From positions 1-63,199 of the forward strand of contig DAOUES010000059.1 in the NCBI GenBank assembly GCA_034430335.1: a stretch of 63,199 nt of DNA, given 5' to 3'. Below the pieces are notes generated by a model, which saw nothing but the letters and a program-made list of their open reading frames with translations, made no database searches and was not told the origin of the DNA. Source of the stretch: Anaerolineae bacterium. GTDB taxonomy: Bacteria > Chloroflexota > Anaerolineae > Aggregatilineales > UBA3940. The translations under genes were made by a program, and so were the position numbers. Numbering within the stretch: position 1 is the first letter of the stretch; each line of letters opens with the position of its first letter. Below are positions 27,555-37,084 of the stretch, piece by piece.

Positions 27555-27583
27555 TTGTTTTCCACATCGGCCCGGCTTACAAT
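27555..27583 (+). promoter_or_regulatory. Sigma70-type promoter candidate for the Fur-family gene
   Basis: TTGTTT, 17 nt, TACAAT, ending 31 nt upstream of ATG 27615. Confidence 0.4.
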
Positions 27584-27614
27584 GGTGGGGGAAACGGGAT
27601 ACTGAAGGCTGAAA

Positions 27615-28055
27615 ATGGAACCCGAAACGATCGTCGAGCAGCTTCAATCAAAAGGGCACCGGATGACAGTTCCCCGCCGCTGGATCATCCGGGTGCTGTG
27701 TGAAGCGGATCGTCACCTGACCGTCGAACAGGTTCACCGCTGCCTGGTGGAAAACGACATCAAAGTGGACGAGGCGACCGTCTACCGCACCTTGCAGTGG
27801 TTGAAAGAGAACGAGGCCGTATCGCAGACCGATATCGGCCAGGGAGCCGATGTCTATTGTCTGATCGGCGATCAGCCTCACCACCATTTGATCTGCCTGA
27901 ACTGCAACCATATTATCGACGTGTCCGACGATCTCTTTGCCGGTTTGCGGGAGACGCTCCTGGAGAAATACCGGTTCACCCCCCGGATCGATCATTTCGC
28001 GATTTTTGGTCTGTGCGAAAGATGCCGGTCGGAACTGACTCGTGACGAAGATTGA
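27615..28055 (+). CDS. Fur-family metalloregulator (Fur/Zur/PerR not distinguishable)
   Basis: VYRTLQWLKENEAV winged-helix block. HHHLICLNCNHIIDV and CERC metal-site motifs. 146 aa. Confidence 0.85.
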   Translation: MEPETIVEQLQSKGHRMTVPRRWIIRVLCEADRHLTVEQVHRCLVENDIKVDEATVYRTLQWLKENEAVSQTDIGQGADVYCLIGDQPHHHLICLNCNHIIDVSDDLFAGLRETLLEKYRFTPRIDHFAIFGLCERCRSELTRDED

Positions 28056-28142
28056 CCGGATTTTAGCCTGAGCGTTTGTGACAACAATACCCGTGCGTTA
28101 TCCTCAAAGCAGCCTCAGTTGAGATGAAATGGAGACCAGAGC

Positions 28143-29519
28143 ATGGAAGCGACAACAACCGCCGGTCATCTTCAGGCAGAATCGACCCCAGGAGATCAAC
28201 CCATTGAGATGACTCCGCGCCCGGCGCTGTGGGCCGACGTGCCCGACGAAAAATGGAACGACTGGCGCTGGCAGATGAGCAACCGGCTCAACTCGCTCGA
28301 AGAACTCCAACAGGTCATCGACCTGACAGACGAGGAGATCGAGGGCCTCAGCGCCGAGGGCAAGTTCCGCGTCGATGTCACACCGTACTTTGCCAGCCTG
28401 TTGGAAGCGGACGACCCGCGCGGGCCGGTTCGCTTGCAGGTGATCCCAAAAGGGAGCGAGATGGTCAGCTTCGATTCGATGATGGCCGACTCGCTCGCGG
28501 AGGACGCGCATTCGCCGGTGCCGGGGCTGGTGCATCGCTACCCCGACCGGGTCTTGATGCTGGTCACCACGCAGTGCGCCAGCTACTGCCGCTACTGCAC
28601 CCGCTCGCGGGTGGTCGGCGATCCTTCGGCGAATTACAGCCGCAGCGACCACGAAGCGCAGATCGAGTACATCAGGAATACGCCGCAGGTGCGGGACGTG
28701 CTGCTCTCCGGCGGCGATCCGCTCACCATGCCGGAACGGATGCTCGAAGATATACTGGCTCGCCTGCACGAAATCCCCCACCTGGAGATCATCCGCATCG
28801 GGTCGCGGGTGCCGGTTTTCTTGCCGCAGCGCATCACCGACGACCTGGTCGAGATGCTGCGCCAGTTCCACCCGCTGTGGTTGAATATTCACGTCAACCA
28901 CCCGCGCGAGATCACGCCGGAACTGAGCCGGGCACTGGACAAACTCGCCGATGCGGGGATTCCACTGGGCAACCAGTCGGTGCTGCTGCGCGGCGTCAAC
29001 GACAGCCCCGAAGTGCAGATGGAGTTAGTCCAAAAGCTGGTCAAAAACCGGGTGCGCCCCTATTACCTCTACCAGTGCGATCTGGTGCAGGGGGCGGGAC
29101 ATTTTCGCACGCCGGTGTCCGTCGGCATCGAGATCATCGAGGCGCTGCGCGGCCATACGTCAGGCTATGCCGTTCCGACTTACGTGGTCGATGCGCCCGG
29201 CGGCGGCGGCAAGATTCCGGTGATGCCCAACTATGTGATCAGCGAAGGCGCAAACCGGATCGTGCTGCGCAACTACGAGGGATTCATCACCACCTATTCA
29301 GAGCCGGATGAAGCCTACCAGCGTGACGACGAGCAGATGCGCAGGTACCTTGAACCGAAGGCGGCGCAGGAAGACATCGTTCAGAAGGGCGTCTCCGGGC
29401 TGTCTTCCGGCGAGCATATGACGATCAAGCCGGAAGGCTTCGACGACGTTCACCGCCGGGGACGCGAGGCGGAGGTCGAGAAGCGCGGCAGGCGCAACTT
29501 CAAGGACGATTACGACTGA
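28143..29519 (+). CDS. kamA: Lysine 2,3-aminomutase (KamA-family radical SAM enzyme)
   Basis: Radical-SAM cluster motif CASYCRYCTRSR. KamA blocks RYPDRVLMLVT, VLLSGGDPL, NQSVLLRGVND, RPYYLYQCD, TPTYVVDAPGGGGKIP. Confidence 0.85.
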   Translation: MEATTTAGHLQAESTPGDQPIEMTPRPALWADVPDEKWNDWRWQMSNRLNSLEELQQVIDLTDEEIEGLSAEGKFRVDVTPYFASLLEADDPRGPVRLQVIPKGSEMVSFDSMMADSLAEDAHSPVPGLVHRYPDRVLMLVTTQCASYCRYCTRSRVVGDPSANYSRSDHEAQIEYIRNTPQVRDVLLSGGDPLTMPERMLEDILARLHEIPHLEIIRIGSRVPVFLPQRITDDLVEMLRQFHPLWLNIHVNHPREITPELSRALDKLADAGIPLGNQSVLLRGVNDSPEVQMELVQKLVKNRVRPYYLYQCDLVQGAGHFRTPVSVGIEIIEALRGHTSGYAVPTYVVDAPGGGGKIPVMPNYVISEGANRIVLRNYEGFITTYSEPDEAYQRDDEQMRRYLEPKAAQEDIVQKGVSGLSSGEHMTIKPEGFDDVHRRGREAEVEKRGRRNFKDDYD

Positions 29520-29568
29520 AGGACGTTATCTCAGGTCGTGCCGGTAGACGACGGGTGTCAAAATTAAG

Positions 29569-29599
29569 CCGGGAACCGGTTTGGCGTTTCCGGCTTTTG
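29569..29599 (+). terminator. Intrinsic terminator candidate after kamA
   Basis: GCCGGGAA / TTTCCGGC stem with one mismatch, followed by TTTT. Confidence 0.45.
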
Positions 29600-29699
29600 C
29601 GCGTGAATAACCGTGCGCTCGATTTTGGTCGCCACCTTCTGCCGGGTGCGATACACTAATATAGCTTGAGTTTCTATATGACGAGGATAAAACGGATCG

Positions 29700-32600
29700 A
29701 TGTTTAAGAACCTGATGAAAACCCTGGCGGGCAATCCTTACGAGCGGGAGTTGGAGCGCTACAAGGAGATACTCAGCCGGGTTAATGCGCTGGAACCGGA
29801 GATGCAGGAGCGCTCCGACGACGATCTCCGCGCCCTGACCGACGACCTGCGGGCGCAGGTGCAGGATTGGGTGGCCGAGATCGAGGATCGGGAGGCGTTT
29901 CTGGCTGCGGAAGCGGAAGCGCTCGACGAGGTGCTGCCGATGGCTTTCGCCGCCGTCCGCGAGGCATCGGTGCGGACGATTGGCCTGCGCCACTACGACG
30001 TGCAGATCATCGGCGGGGTGGTGCTCCACGAGGGCAAAATCGCCGAGATGAAGACCGGTGAGGGTAAGACCCTCGTCGCCTCGCTGCCGCTTTACCTGAA
30101 CGCCCTGGCGGGCCGAGGGGCGCACCTGGTGACGGTCAACGATTACCTGGCCCGCCGTGACGGTGGCTGGATGGGGCCGATCTTCAACCTGCTTGGGATG
30201 AGCACGAGTGTGATCGGCAGGGAGCAGTATTCGGCGGTCTACGATCCAGGCTATGTCGATCCGGGCGGCGATCTGGAAGACGAGCGGCTCGTCCACTGGC
30301 GGCCCACGCTCCGTAAGGAATGCTACCAGGCCGATATTACCTATGGCACGGCCTCCGAGTTTGGCTTTGATTATCTCCGCGATCACACCACCATCGAACC
30401 CACACGGCTGGTTCAGGGCGAACATGCCTATACCATCGTCGACGAGGTCGACTCGGTGCTGATCGACGGGGCACGCACGCCACTGATCATCTCCGGCCCG
30501 GCGGAGCAGGCGTCGAGCACCTACCAGCGCTTCGCCGAAATCGTCGAGCGTGCCCGTTTGCGCCGCAATACCAGCGATCTTGAGTTCGAGGAAGCCGACG
30601 GTGACTACGTCCTTGACGACCGCACCCAGACCGTCTCGCTGACCGACCGGGGCATCGAGAAGATCGAGAGCCAGCTTGACGAGATCGATACGGAGGGCGG
30701 CGAGAGCCTCTACGATCCGCAGTATTATGAGTTAGTTCACTACCTGGAGAATGCGCTCAAGGCGAAATACACCTTCAAGCGCGACAAGGATTACATCGTC
30801 CAGGACGGGCGGGTGATTCTGATCGACCAGACGACCGGACGCCCGATGCCTTCCCGCCGCTACAGCGAAGGGCTGCACCAGGCAATCGAGGCCAAAGAGG
30901 GCGTGCAGGTACGGCGCGAGGACGTGACCATTGCGACGATTACCGTCCAGAACTACTTTCGCCTCTACGACAAGCTGGCCGGGATGACCGGCACCGCCAT
31001 CACCCAGGCGGAGGAGTTCGACGAGGTCTACACGCTGGATGTCGCCCCGATCCCAACCAACGTCGAGTTCATGGCCGATAACGAGGAATACGAGACTCGC
31101 AAAGGGAAAGTGGGCGAGGTGCTTCCTGCTTTAGGCAGCCTCGACTTCGACGACATGGTCGCGATGACCAGCTACTGGAATGCGGATAACCCTGATCATC
31201 CCGCCTGTTTCAAACGGGTCGATTTCCCCGACCAGGTTTTCCAGTCAATCGGAGGCAAGTTCGAAGCGGTCAGCCGCGAGATCACCGACATCAGTTCCAG
31301 GGGCCGCCCGATCCTGGTCGGCACCGGCTCGGTCGAAGCCTCCGAAGTGTTGAGCCAGAAGCTCGACAAACTGGGCTTCTCACACGAGGTACTGAACGCG
31401 AAGAACCACCAGCGCGAGGCGCTGATTGTTGCCCAGGCGGGGCGTTCCGGCGCGATTACCATTTCGACCAGCATGGCCGGGCGCGGCACCGACATCCTGC
31501 TGGGCGGCAACCCGGAGGGCTTGGCCGCCAAGTTCCTGGCCGACGAATTGTTCGATGCTGCGGCTTTCAAACATCTGGCTGCCGAAGTGATCGGCGGCGA
31601 CATTGAAGCCGCCCGCAAGCGTGCCCAGGCCAACAGGTCGATGTACCTGGCGCTCGTCGACTGGGTCATCGAGGCACATGAAGACCTGGTGCGTAAAGCC
31701 AGTGTGGACGACGTGCTGGGGGCAGTTGTCGACGAGATTCGGGAAGACCCGGCCTACCGCGATCTCTCCTATGACCTGCTGGTGAAGATCATCCAGCAGC
31801 TTGACCTGGCGAGTGTCGATGCCCGCCGCCTGGATCGCGCCCGCCAGATCGCCGAAGAAGGCGGCGCGCCGCTCTCGATCCTCCCCGACCTGCAATATCG
31901 CCTCCAGGAGTACCGCAACCTGAGCGGTGTGCTGGGCGAGAACGAGCAGGCCGAAACGCTGGCCCGCCGCCTGTTCGAAAAGCACTACAACGCCCGCGCT
32001 GCCCTGATCCGCGCCGTCCTCTCCGATGACCTGGACGCGGCCCGGCGGATCACATCCGAAATCCCGGCGCTGCCCGAATCGCTGATCGACGATATCCAGC
32101 GCATTCGCGAAGACTGCCGCCAGAATCGCCAGTTGGTCTGGGAGCGGGGCGGCCTGCACGTGATCGGCACCGAACGCCACGAGGCGCGGCGCATCGATGA
32201 CCAGCTTCGCGGGCGCGCCGCCCGCCAGGGCGACCCCGGTTCGTCGCGGTTTTATCTCTCGCTCGAAGACGAACTGATGCTGCGCTTCGGCAGCGACCGC
32301 ACCAAGCGGATCATGGAGCGGCTCAACATTCCCGAAGACGTGCCGATCTCGGCCAACCTCCTCAGCAACGCCATCGAGCAGTCACAGGCGCGCTTCGAGA
32401 GCTTCTATTTCGACATCCGTAAGAACCTCGTCGAATATGACGAGGCGGTCAACCGCCAGCGCCAGATCGTCTACGACGAGCGCAGCGCGATCCTCAAGGG
32501 CAACGTCGCCGAACTTGACGAACTGGTGGCACGATTCATCAGGAACACGCTGGCCCGGCTGATCGAGCGCTATCGCGATGGCTACGAGGCCTGGGCGATG

Positions 32601-33809
32601 GGCGAGATCGAGACGGTGATCGGCGATTTCTCCAACATCGAAACGGGCGAAGTCAATACACGCGGGATCGTCCAGCGCGTGCTGCCGCTTTTCCCGCGCC
32701 CTTCCGGGGAGCAGATACAGTCGCTGCTCCAGATCACCGACGGCGAGGCGCTTTCCGAAGAACTCTACGAGATGGTGCTGGACGGAATCGAGGCCGGGCA
32801 CAATATTCGCATGATGCTGGCCGAGATCAGCCGGGTGGTCCCGCTGTGGCCAGTGCCGCCAGTCGTTCACCCGCACGGGATCGAGGGTTGGCCGGCGTTT
32901 GTCGACCAGACCCGGATCAACTTCGAGCGATATGCCGAGTATCTCCCTACCGAACAGGCCGCCGAACTGTGGGAAAACCTTTCCTCAACACTCAAAAATG
33001 TTCACCGTGATGTTGTTTCGGCGCTGGGACGCGGGGCGAATCTGCCCGAAGCTCAAAGTATGCTGCATAACGTTGTCGGCGCGGCGCTTGCCGAGGTCTA
33101 CGAGATGGTGCTGGGTGATCTGGAGACGGACGACCTTGTCACCGCGATCATGGGCCGCGCCGACGATCTGCTGGTGGTGGCCCGCCAGTCACCTCCCGGC
33201 AGTAAAGACGAGGCCGGACAGGACGAAGATGGCGACGCGATCCGTGAAGTCGAACGGCGTCTTTTCGCCATTGGCGAAGAGGAACTGATCCGCTATGAAC
33301 GGGCGCTGATGCTCTCGGTGATCGACGGTGAGTGGCGGCAGTACCTCAACGCGATCGACGATCTTCGCCAGGCCGCCGGGCTGGAAGCGTTCGGCCAGCG
33401 CGACCCGAAGGTCCAGTTCAAGCGCCGCGCGTTCGAGATGTTCGACAAGCTTCGCGAGGATGTCGAGGAGGGAATCGCCCGGCGTTTCTTCACCGATCTT
33501 TCGCGCCACCGCCAGATCGTTGAAGCGCAGAAGCGCCAGGAACAGCTTCTCGATAATTTAAGCCAGGCCGGTTACCGCGTCGAGCGCAAGGCGACACGCA
33601 GCAAATCGACGGGCAGGCAGAAGGTCAGCCAGACCGTCCACAAAGACCTGTGGAGCAACGTCGGGCGCAACGATCCCTGCCCCTGCGGCAGCGGCAAGAA
33701 GTTCAAAGACTGCCACTACCGCGAAATCCAGAAGCAGCAGCAAACCGTTGCACAGGATTCGGTTATGCGCAGCAGCGCGGGCCGCAAACAGGGACGCCGT
33801 CGGCGTTGA
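29700..33809 (+). CDS. secA: Preprotein translocase ATPase SecA (greatly extended, 1369 aa)
   Basis: MKTGEGKTLV, DEVDSVLIDGARTPLIISG, MAGRGTDI.LGGN, GGLHVIGTERHEARRIDDQLRGRAARQGDPGSSRFYLSLED. C-terminal zinc finger CPCGSGKKFKDCH. Confidence 0.95.
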   Translation: MFKNLMKTLAGNPYERELERYKEILSRVNALEPEMQERSDDDLRALTDDLRAQVQDWVAEIEDREAFLAAEAEALDEVLPMAFAAVREASVRTIGLRHYDVQIIGGVVLHEGKIAEMKTGEGKTLVASLPLYLNALAGRGAHLVTVNDYLARRDGGWMGPIFNLLGMSTSVIGREQYSAVYDPGYVDPGGDLEDERLVHWRPTLRKECYQADITYGTASEFGFDYLRDHTTIEPTRLVQGEHAYTIVDEVDSVLIDGARTPLIISGPAEQASSTYQRFAEIVERARLRRNTSDLEFEEADGDYVLDDRTQTVSLTDRGIEKIESQLDEIDTEGGESLYDPQYYELVHYLENALKAKYTFKRDKDYIVQDGRVILIDQTTGRPMPSRRYSEGLHQAIEAKEGVQVRREDVTIATITVQNYFRLYDKLAGMTGTAITQAEEFDEVYTLDVAPIPTNVEFMADNEEYETRKGKVGEVLPALGSLDFDDMVAMTSYWNADNPDHPACFKRVDFPDQVFQSIGGKFEAVSREITDISSRGRPILVGTGSVEASEVLSQKLDKLGFSHEVLNAKNHQREALIVAQAGRSGAITISTSMAGRGTDILLGGNPEGLAAKFLADELFDAAAFKHLAAEVIGGDIEAARKRAQANRSMYLALVDWVIEAHEDLVRKASVDDVLGAVVDEIREDPAYRDLSYDLLVKIIQQLDLASVDARRLDRARQIAEEGGAPLSILPDLQYRLQEYRNLSGVLGENEQAETLARRLFEKHYNARAALIRAVLSDDLDAARRITSEIPALPESLIDDIQRIREDCRQNRQLVWERGGLHVIGTERHEARRIDDQLRGRAARQGDPGSSRFYLSLEDELMLRFGSDRTKRIMERLNIPEDVPISANLLSNAIEQSQARFESFYFDIRKNLVEYDEAVNRQRQIVYDERSAILKGNVAELDELVARFIRNTLARLIERYRDGYEAWAMGEIETVIGDFSNIETGEVNTRGIVQRVLPLFPRPSGEQIQSLLQITDGEALSEELYEMVLDGIEAGHNIRMMLAEISRVVPLWPVPPVVHPHGIEGWPAFVDQTRINFERYAEYLPTEQAAELWENLSSTLKNVHRDVVSALGRGANLPEAQSMLHNVVGAALAEVYEMVLGDLETDDLVTAIMGRADDLLVVARQSPPGSKDEAGQDEDGDAIREVERRLFAIGEEELIRYERALMLSVIDGEWRQYLNAIDDLRQAAGLEAFGQRDPKVQFKRRAFEMFDKLREDVEEGIARRFFTDLSRHRQIVEAQKRQEQLLDNLSQAGYRVERKATRSKSTGRQKVSQTVHKDLWSNVGRNDPCPCGSGKKFKDCHYREIQKQQQTVAQDSVMRSSAGRKQGRRRR

Positions 33810-33817
33810 GATATAAC

Positions 33818-33850
33818 AGAAGCGTGCCGCAGTTGCACGCTTCTTTACTT
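33818..33850 (+). terminator. Intrinsic terminator candidate after secA
   Basis: Perfect 10-bp stem AGAAGCGTGC / GCACGCTTCT with a 7-nt loop, followed by a short T-rich tail (TTACTT). Confidence 0.55.
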
Positions 33851-34007
33851 GACCATACACTAGGCAAAAGACCGTATGGATTTTGTAACCACTTATTGCC
33901 AGGGTTGATAGTGTGTTGCGCTATAGTAAATAAGACACGAAAGCACTTGACGGGTATACCGGTCTGGCCCCCGGCTTACCAGAATACACCACACCGAGGA
34001 TGACACG

Positions 34008-35111
34008 ATGGATTATCGCGAAGTCAATCACGGGAAAAACGATAATCCCCAGCTCTACGAATCGCTGAAGGCGCTGCCCAAGATCGAACTGCACCGCCAT
34101 CTTGAAGGTTCCTTGCGATTGAATACGCTGGCCGATATTGCGCGTGAACATCAGCTTGATTTGCCGGGGTATGCAGTTGAAGACTTCCGCCACCTGGTTC
34201 AGATGGTTCCGGAAGATGAGCCAAATGCAAACGTTTTTATCTCCAAATTCTTTACCCTGCGTAATTTTTACCAGTCTCCGGAGATCATCGACCGGATCAC
34301 CTACGAGACGGTCGCCGATGCCGCCGCCGAGAATATCGTCTATATGGAACTTCGCTTCACGCCCATCGCGCTTGCCAGGGAGAAAGAATACGCGATGAGC
34401 GACGCCGCCGACTGGGTGATCAAAGCCGTCGACCGCGCCCAGGCGGATTTCGGCATCGACGTGCGGTTGATCGTGAGCATGAACCGGCACGAGAGCGTCG
34501 AACTGGGTGAAGAGATGGTCGACATTGCCATCGCGAATATGGATCGCGGCGTCGTGGCTATCGATCTTGCCGGTTCGGAGAACAAGTTCCCAGGCAGGCC
34601 GTTCGAGCATGTTTTCGCCAAAGCGCGTGAGGCCGGGCTGTCGATCACCAGCCATGCCGGTGAATGGGCCGGACCGGAGAGCGTCCTTGAAGCGATCAAC
34701 GTGCTGGGGGCGCAGCGGTTGGGGCACGGTGTGCGGATCGTCGAAGACCTTGACGCGGTCAAGCTGGCCCAGGATCGCGATATCACCTTCGAGGTCTGCC
34801 TCTCGAGTAATATCCTGTCCGGCGTCGTCGATTCGCTGGACAACCATCCTTTTCGCGACCTGTATGCAATGGGTTTACGAACCACCCTCAATACCGACGA
34901 TCCGAGCGTGCAGGGGGTGAACCTGACCGACGAGTTCGTCGCCGCTTCGGCGGAGATGGGCTACAGCCTTGACACCCTTAAAGAGCAGGTCATCAACGCG
35001 GCTGAAGCCGCTTTCCTGCCTGACGATGAGCGTCAGGCCCTGATGACGCGCCTGCAAACAGAACTCTACCCGGAAAGCACCGAGGCTCCCGCCGAGTCTG
35101 GATCGAAATAG
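34008..35111 (+). CDS. add: Adenosine deaminase
   Basis: Metal-site and signature motifs ELHRHLEGSLR, SHAGE, RLGHGV, LNTDDPSV. Confidence 0.85.
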   Translation: MDYREVNHGKNDNPQLYESLKALPKIELHRHLEGSLRLNTLADIAREHQLDLPGYAVEDFRHLVQMVPEDEPNANVFISKFFTLRNFYQSPEIIDRITYETVADAAAENIVYMELRFTPIALAREKEYAMSDAADWVIKAVDRAQADFGIDVRLIVSMNRHESVELGEEMVDIAIANMDRGVVAIDLAGSENKFPGRPFEHVFAKAREAGLSITSHAGEWAGPESVLEAINVLGAQRLGHGVRIVEDLDAVKLAQDRDITFEVCLSSNILSGVVDSLDNHPFRDLYAMGLRTTLNTDDPSVQGVNLTDEFVAASAEMGYSLDTLKEQVINAAEAAFLPDDERQALMTRLQTELYPESTEAPAESGSK

Positions 35112-35143
35112 CGATCCGGGTGTATAAGTTGAACCTGTTCAGG

Positions 35144-35174
35144 GAGACCTTTTTCCAAAGGTCTCTTTTGATTT
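35144..35174 (+). terminator. Intrinsic terminator after add
   Basis: GAGACCTTT / AAAGGTCTC 9-bp stem, TTCC loop, then TTTTGATTT. Confidence 0.7.
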
Positions 35175-35198
35175 ATAGTTATGGGCAGGTGAAACGTT

Positions 35199-35906
35199 GT
35201 GATACAAGGGAGCAGTCGACCGGTGGGTGATTCCCCAAGAACGGATCGTGAAACAGATCGATACGCCGCCGCGCGCGAGCGAATGGTGAAGAAGCAGCTT
35301 GTCCGCCGGAAGATCGTCAATCCCCATGTGCTCAGGGCGATGCAAACGGTGCCCCGCCACCTGTTCGTGCCATCCGAATATCGCCATATGGCTTACGAAG
35401 ATGGCCCGCTGTCAATCGGCTCCCGGCAAACCATCTCGCAGCCGTATGTGGTTGCCCTGATGACCGAGCTGCTGGCCCTCAATCCCACCGACCGCGTGCT
35501 GGAGATCGGCGTCGGCTCCGGCTACCAGACGGCTGTCCTGGCCGAACTGGTTCAAGAGGTCGTCGGTATCGAGCGGATCAACGTGCTGGCGAACCAGGCC
35601 CGCGAGCGGCTGGCATCGATGGGGTACAAGAACGTCACCGTCATCGAATCTGATGGCACGCTGGGATATCCATCCGCCGCGCCATACGATGGCATCCTGG
35701 TGGCGGCGGCAGCGCCTTCCGTGCCGCAGCCGCTCGTCGACCAGTTGGCCGAAGGCGGGCGGCTGGTGATCCCGGTCGGCACCAGCGTCAACCAGGTGAT
35801 CCAGCGCATAAGACGCAAAGAGGATCAGATTCATGTCGAGAAGCTGATCCCCGTCCGTTTCGTGCCGCTGATCGGCGAGCACGGGTTTTCAAATGATGCC
35901 TATTGA
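35199..35906 (+). CDS. pcm: Protein-L-isoaspartate O-methyltransferase
   Basis: VLRAMQTVPRHLFVP, QTISQPYVVALMTELL, SAM motif VLEIGVGSGYQTAVLA, GGRLVIPVG. GTG start; the exact start is uncertain. Confidence 0.85.
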   Translation: MIQGSSRPVGDSPRTDRETDRYAAARERMVKKQLVRRKIVNPHVLRAMQTVPRHLFVPSEYRHMAYEDGPLSIGSRQTISQPYVVALMTELLALNPTDRVLEIGVGSGYQTAVLAELVQEVVGIERINVLANQARERLASMGYKNVTVIESDGTLGYPSAAPYDGILVAAAAPSVPQPLVDQLAEGGRLVIPVGTSVNQVIQRIRRKEDQIHVEKLIPVRFVPLIGEHGFSNDAY

Positions 35907-35915
35907 AGATGCCAG

Positions 35916-36989
35916 TTACACGTTGAAGCGCACCGTCATCACGTCCCCGTCTTGCAGGATGTAGGTTTTCCCCTCGAGTCGCAATTTCCCGGCCTGCCGT
36001 GCCCCGGCCTCGCCGCCCAGTTCGACCAGCAAATTCCAGGGGGTGATCTCGGCCCGGATGAACCCGCGTTCCAGATCGCTGTGGATCACACCCGCGCCTT
36101 CCTGCGCCGTCGCCCCGATTTTGACCGGCCAGGCGCGCACCTCGTCGTCGCCGACCGTGAAGAAGGTCTGGATGGTCATCAGTTCATACGATTCGTGGAT
36201 CACGCGGTCGCGCATTGGCTCCTCGATGCCGTATTCGGCCAGGAACTCGGCTGCCTCACCGGGGTCCAACTGGCCGATCTCCGCCTCGATCTGCCCTTGC
36301 AGGGCGAGGACGCCCGTCTTCCTGCCCGCCACGCTGACCAACTCATCGGGGGCGATCAGTTCTTCGCCCAGGTTCAGGAGAACCAGCTTGGGCTTCAGCG
36401 TCAGGAACCCGTAGCCGCTCACCTGTTGAAGTTCGCTTTCCGACAGGTCCAGTTCGCGGAGGGGCTGCTCCGATTCGAGGGTTTCGAGCAGCCGCTCGAA
36501 CAGATCGAGTTCTTTCTGGTTGGCGGCTTTGTCTTTACCCTTCGAGAGTTCGTCCTTCAACCGTCCGATCCGGTTCTCGACCGTGATCAGGTCTGTTAGC
36601 AGGAACTCGTCGTCGAGGATGTCCAGGTCGCGCTGCGGGTCGATGGTCTCTTCCGGGTGCGGGACGTTTGGATCGTCAAAGACGCGCACCACGTGCAGGT
36701 AGCCGTCCAACTGGCTGAGTTGATTGCGGAACGACCCGCTCAACCCGCCTTCGCTGATCCCCTTCGCCAGCCCGCCGATATCCGCGTAGGTGATCTTGGC
36801 ATTGACCTTTCGCTCCGGCAGGTAGATGTCGTACAGGGCGTCGAGCCGGTGATCCGGTACGTCGACGACCGCCATCTGAACGTCCAATTTGCCCGGTGCG
36901 GCAATGCTGGTCGGGCGGTTGGCCCCGGTCAGGGCGTTAAAAATGGTTGTTTTGCCACACATTGGCAAGCCAACTAATCCTAATTTCAT
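35916..36989 (-). CDS. ychF: Ribosome-binding ATPase YchF
   Basis: MKLGLVGLPMCGKTTIFNALT G1 motif. C-terminal TGS/YchF block ...IRAWP...GA.A.E.AG.IHSD.ERGFIRAE. 357 aa. Confidence 0.9.
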   Translation of the reverse strand: MKLGLVGLPMCGKTTIFNALTGANRPTSIAAPGKLDVQMAVVDVPDHRLDALYDIYLPERKVNAKITYADIGGLAKGISEGGLSGSFRNQLSQLDGYLHVVRVFDDPNVPHPEETIDPQRDLDILDDEFLLTDLITVENRIGRLKDELSKGKDKAANQKELDLFERLLETLESEQPLRELDLSESELQQVSGYGFLTLKPKLVLLNLGEELIAPDELVSVAGRKTGVLALQGQIEAEIGQLDPGEAAEFLAEYGIEEPMRDRVIHESYELMTIQTFFTVGDDEVRAWPVKIGATAQEGAGVIHSDLERGFIRAEITPWNLLVELGGEAGARQAGKLRLEGKTYILQDGDVMTVRFNV

Positions 36990-37084
36990 CGAATATCCTT
37001 ATCTGTGATTTCAAGCGCGGGCGATTATAACACCGGAGAGGGTTTTCGGGGAACGTCACCGGCGGGTGCCCACCGGCCAATTGA

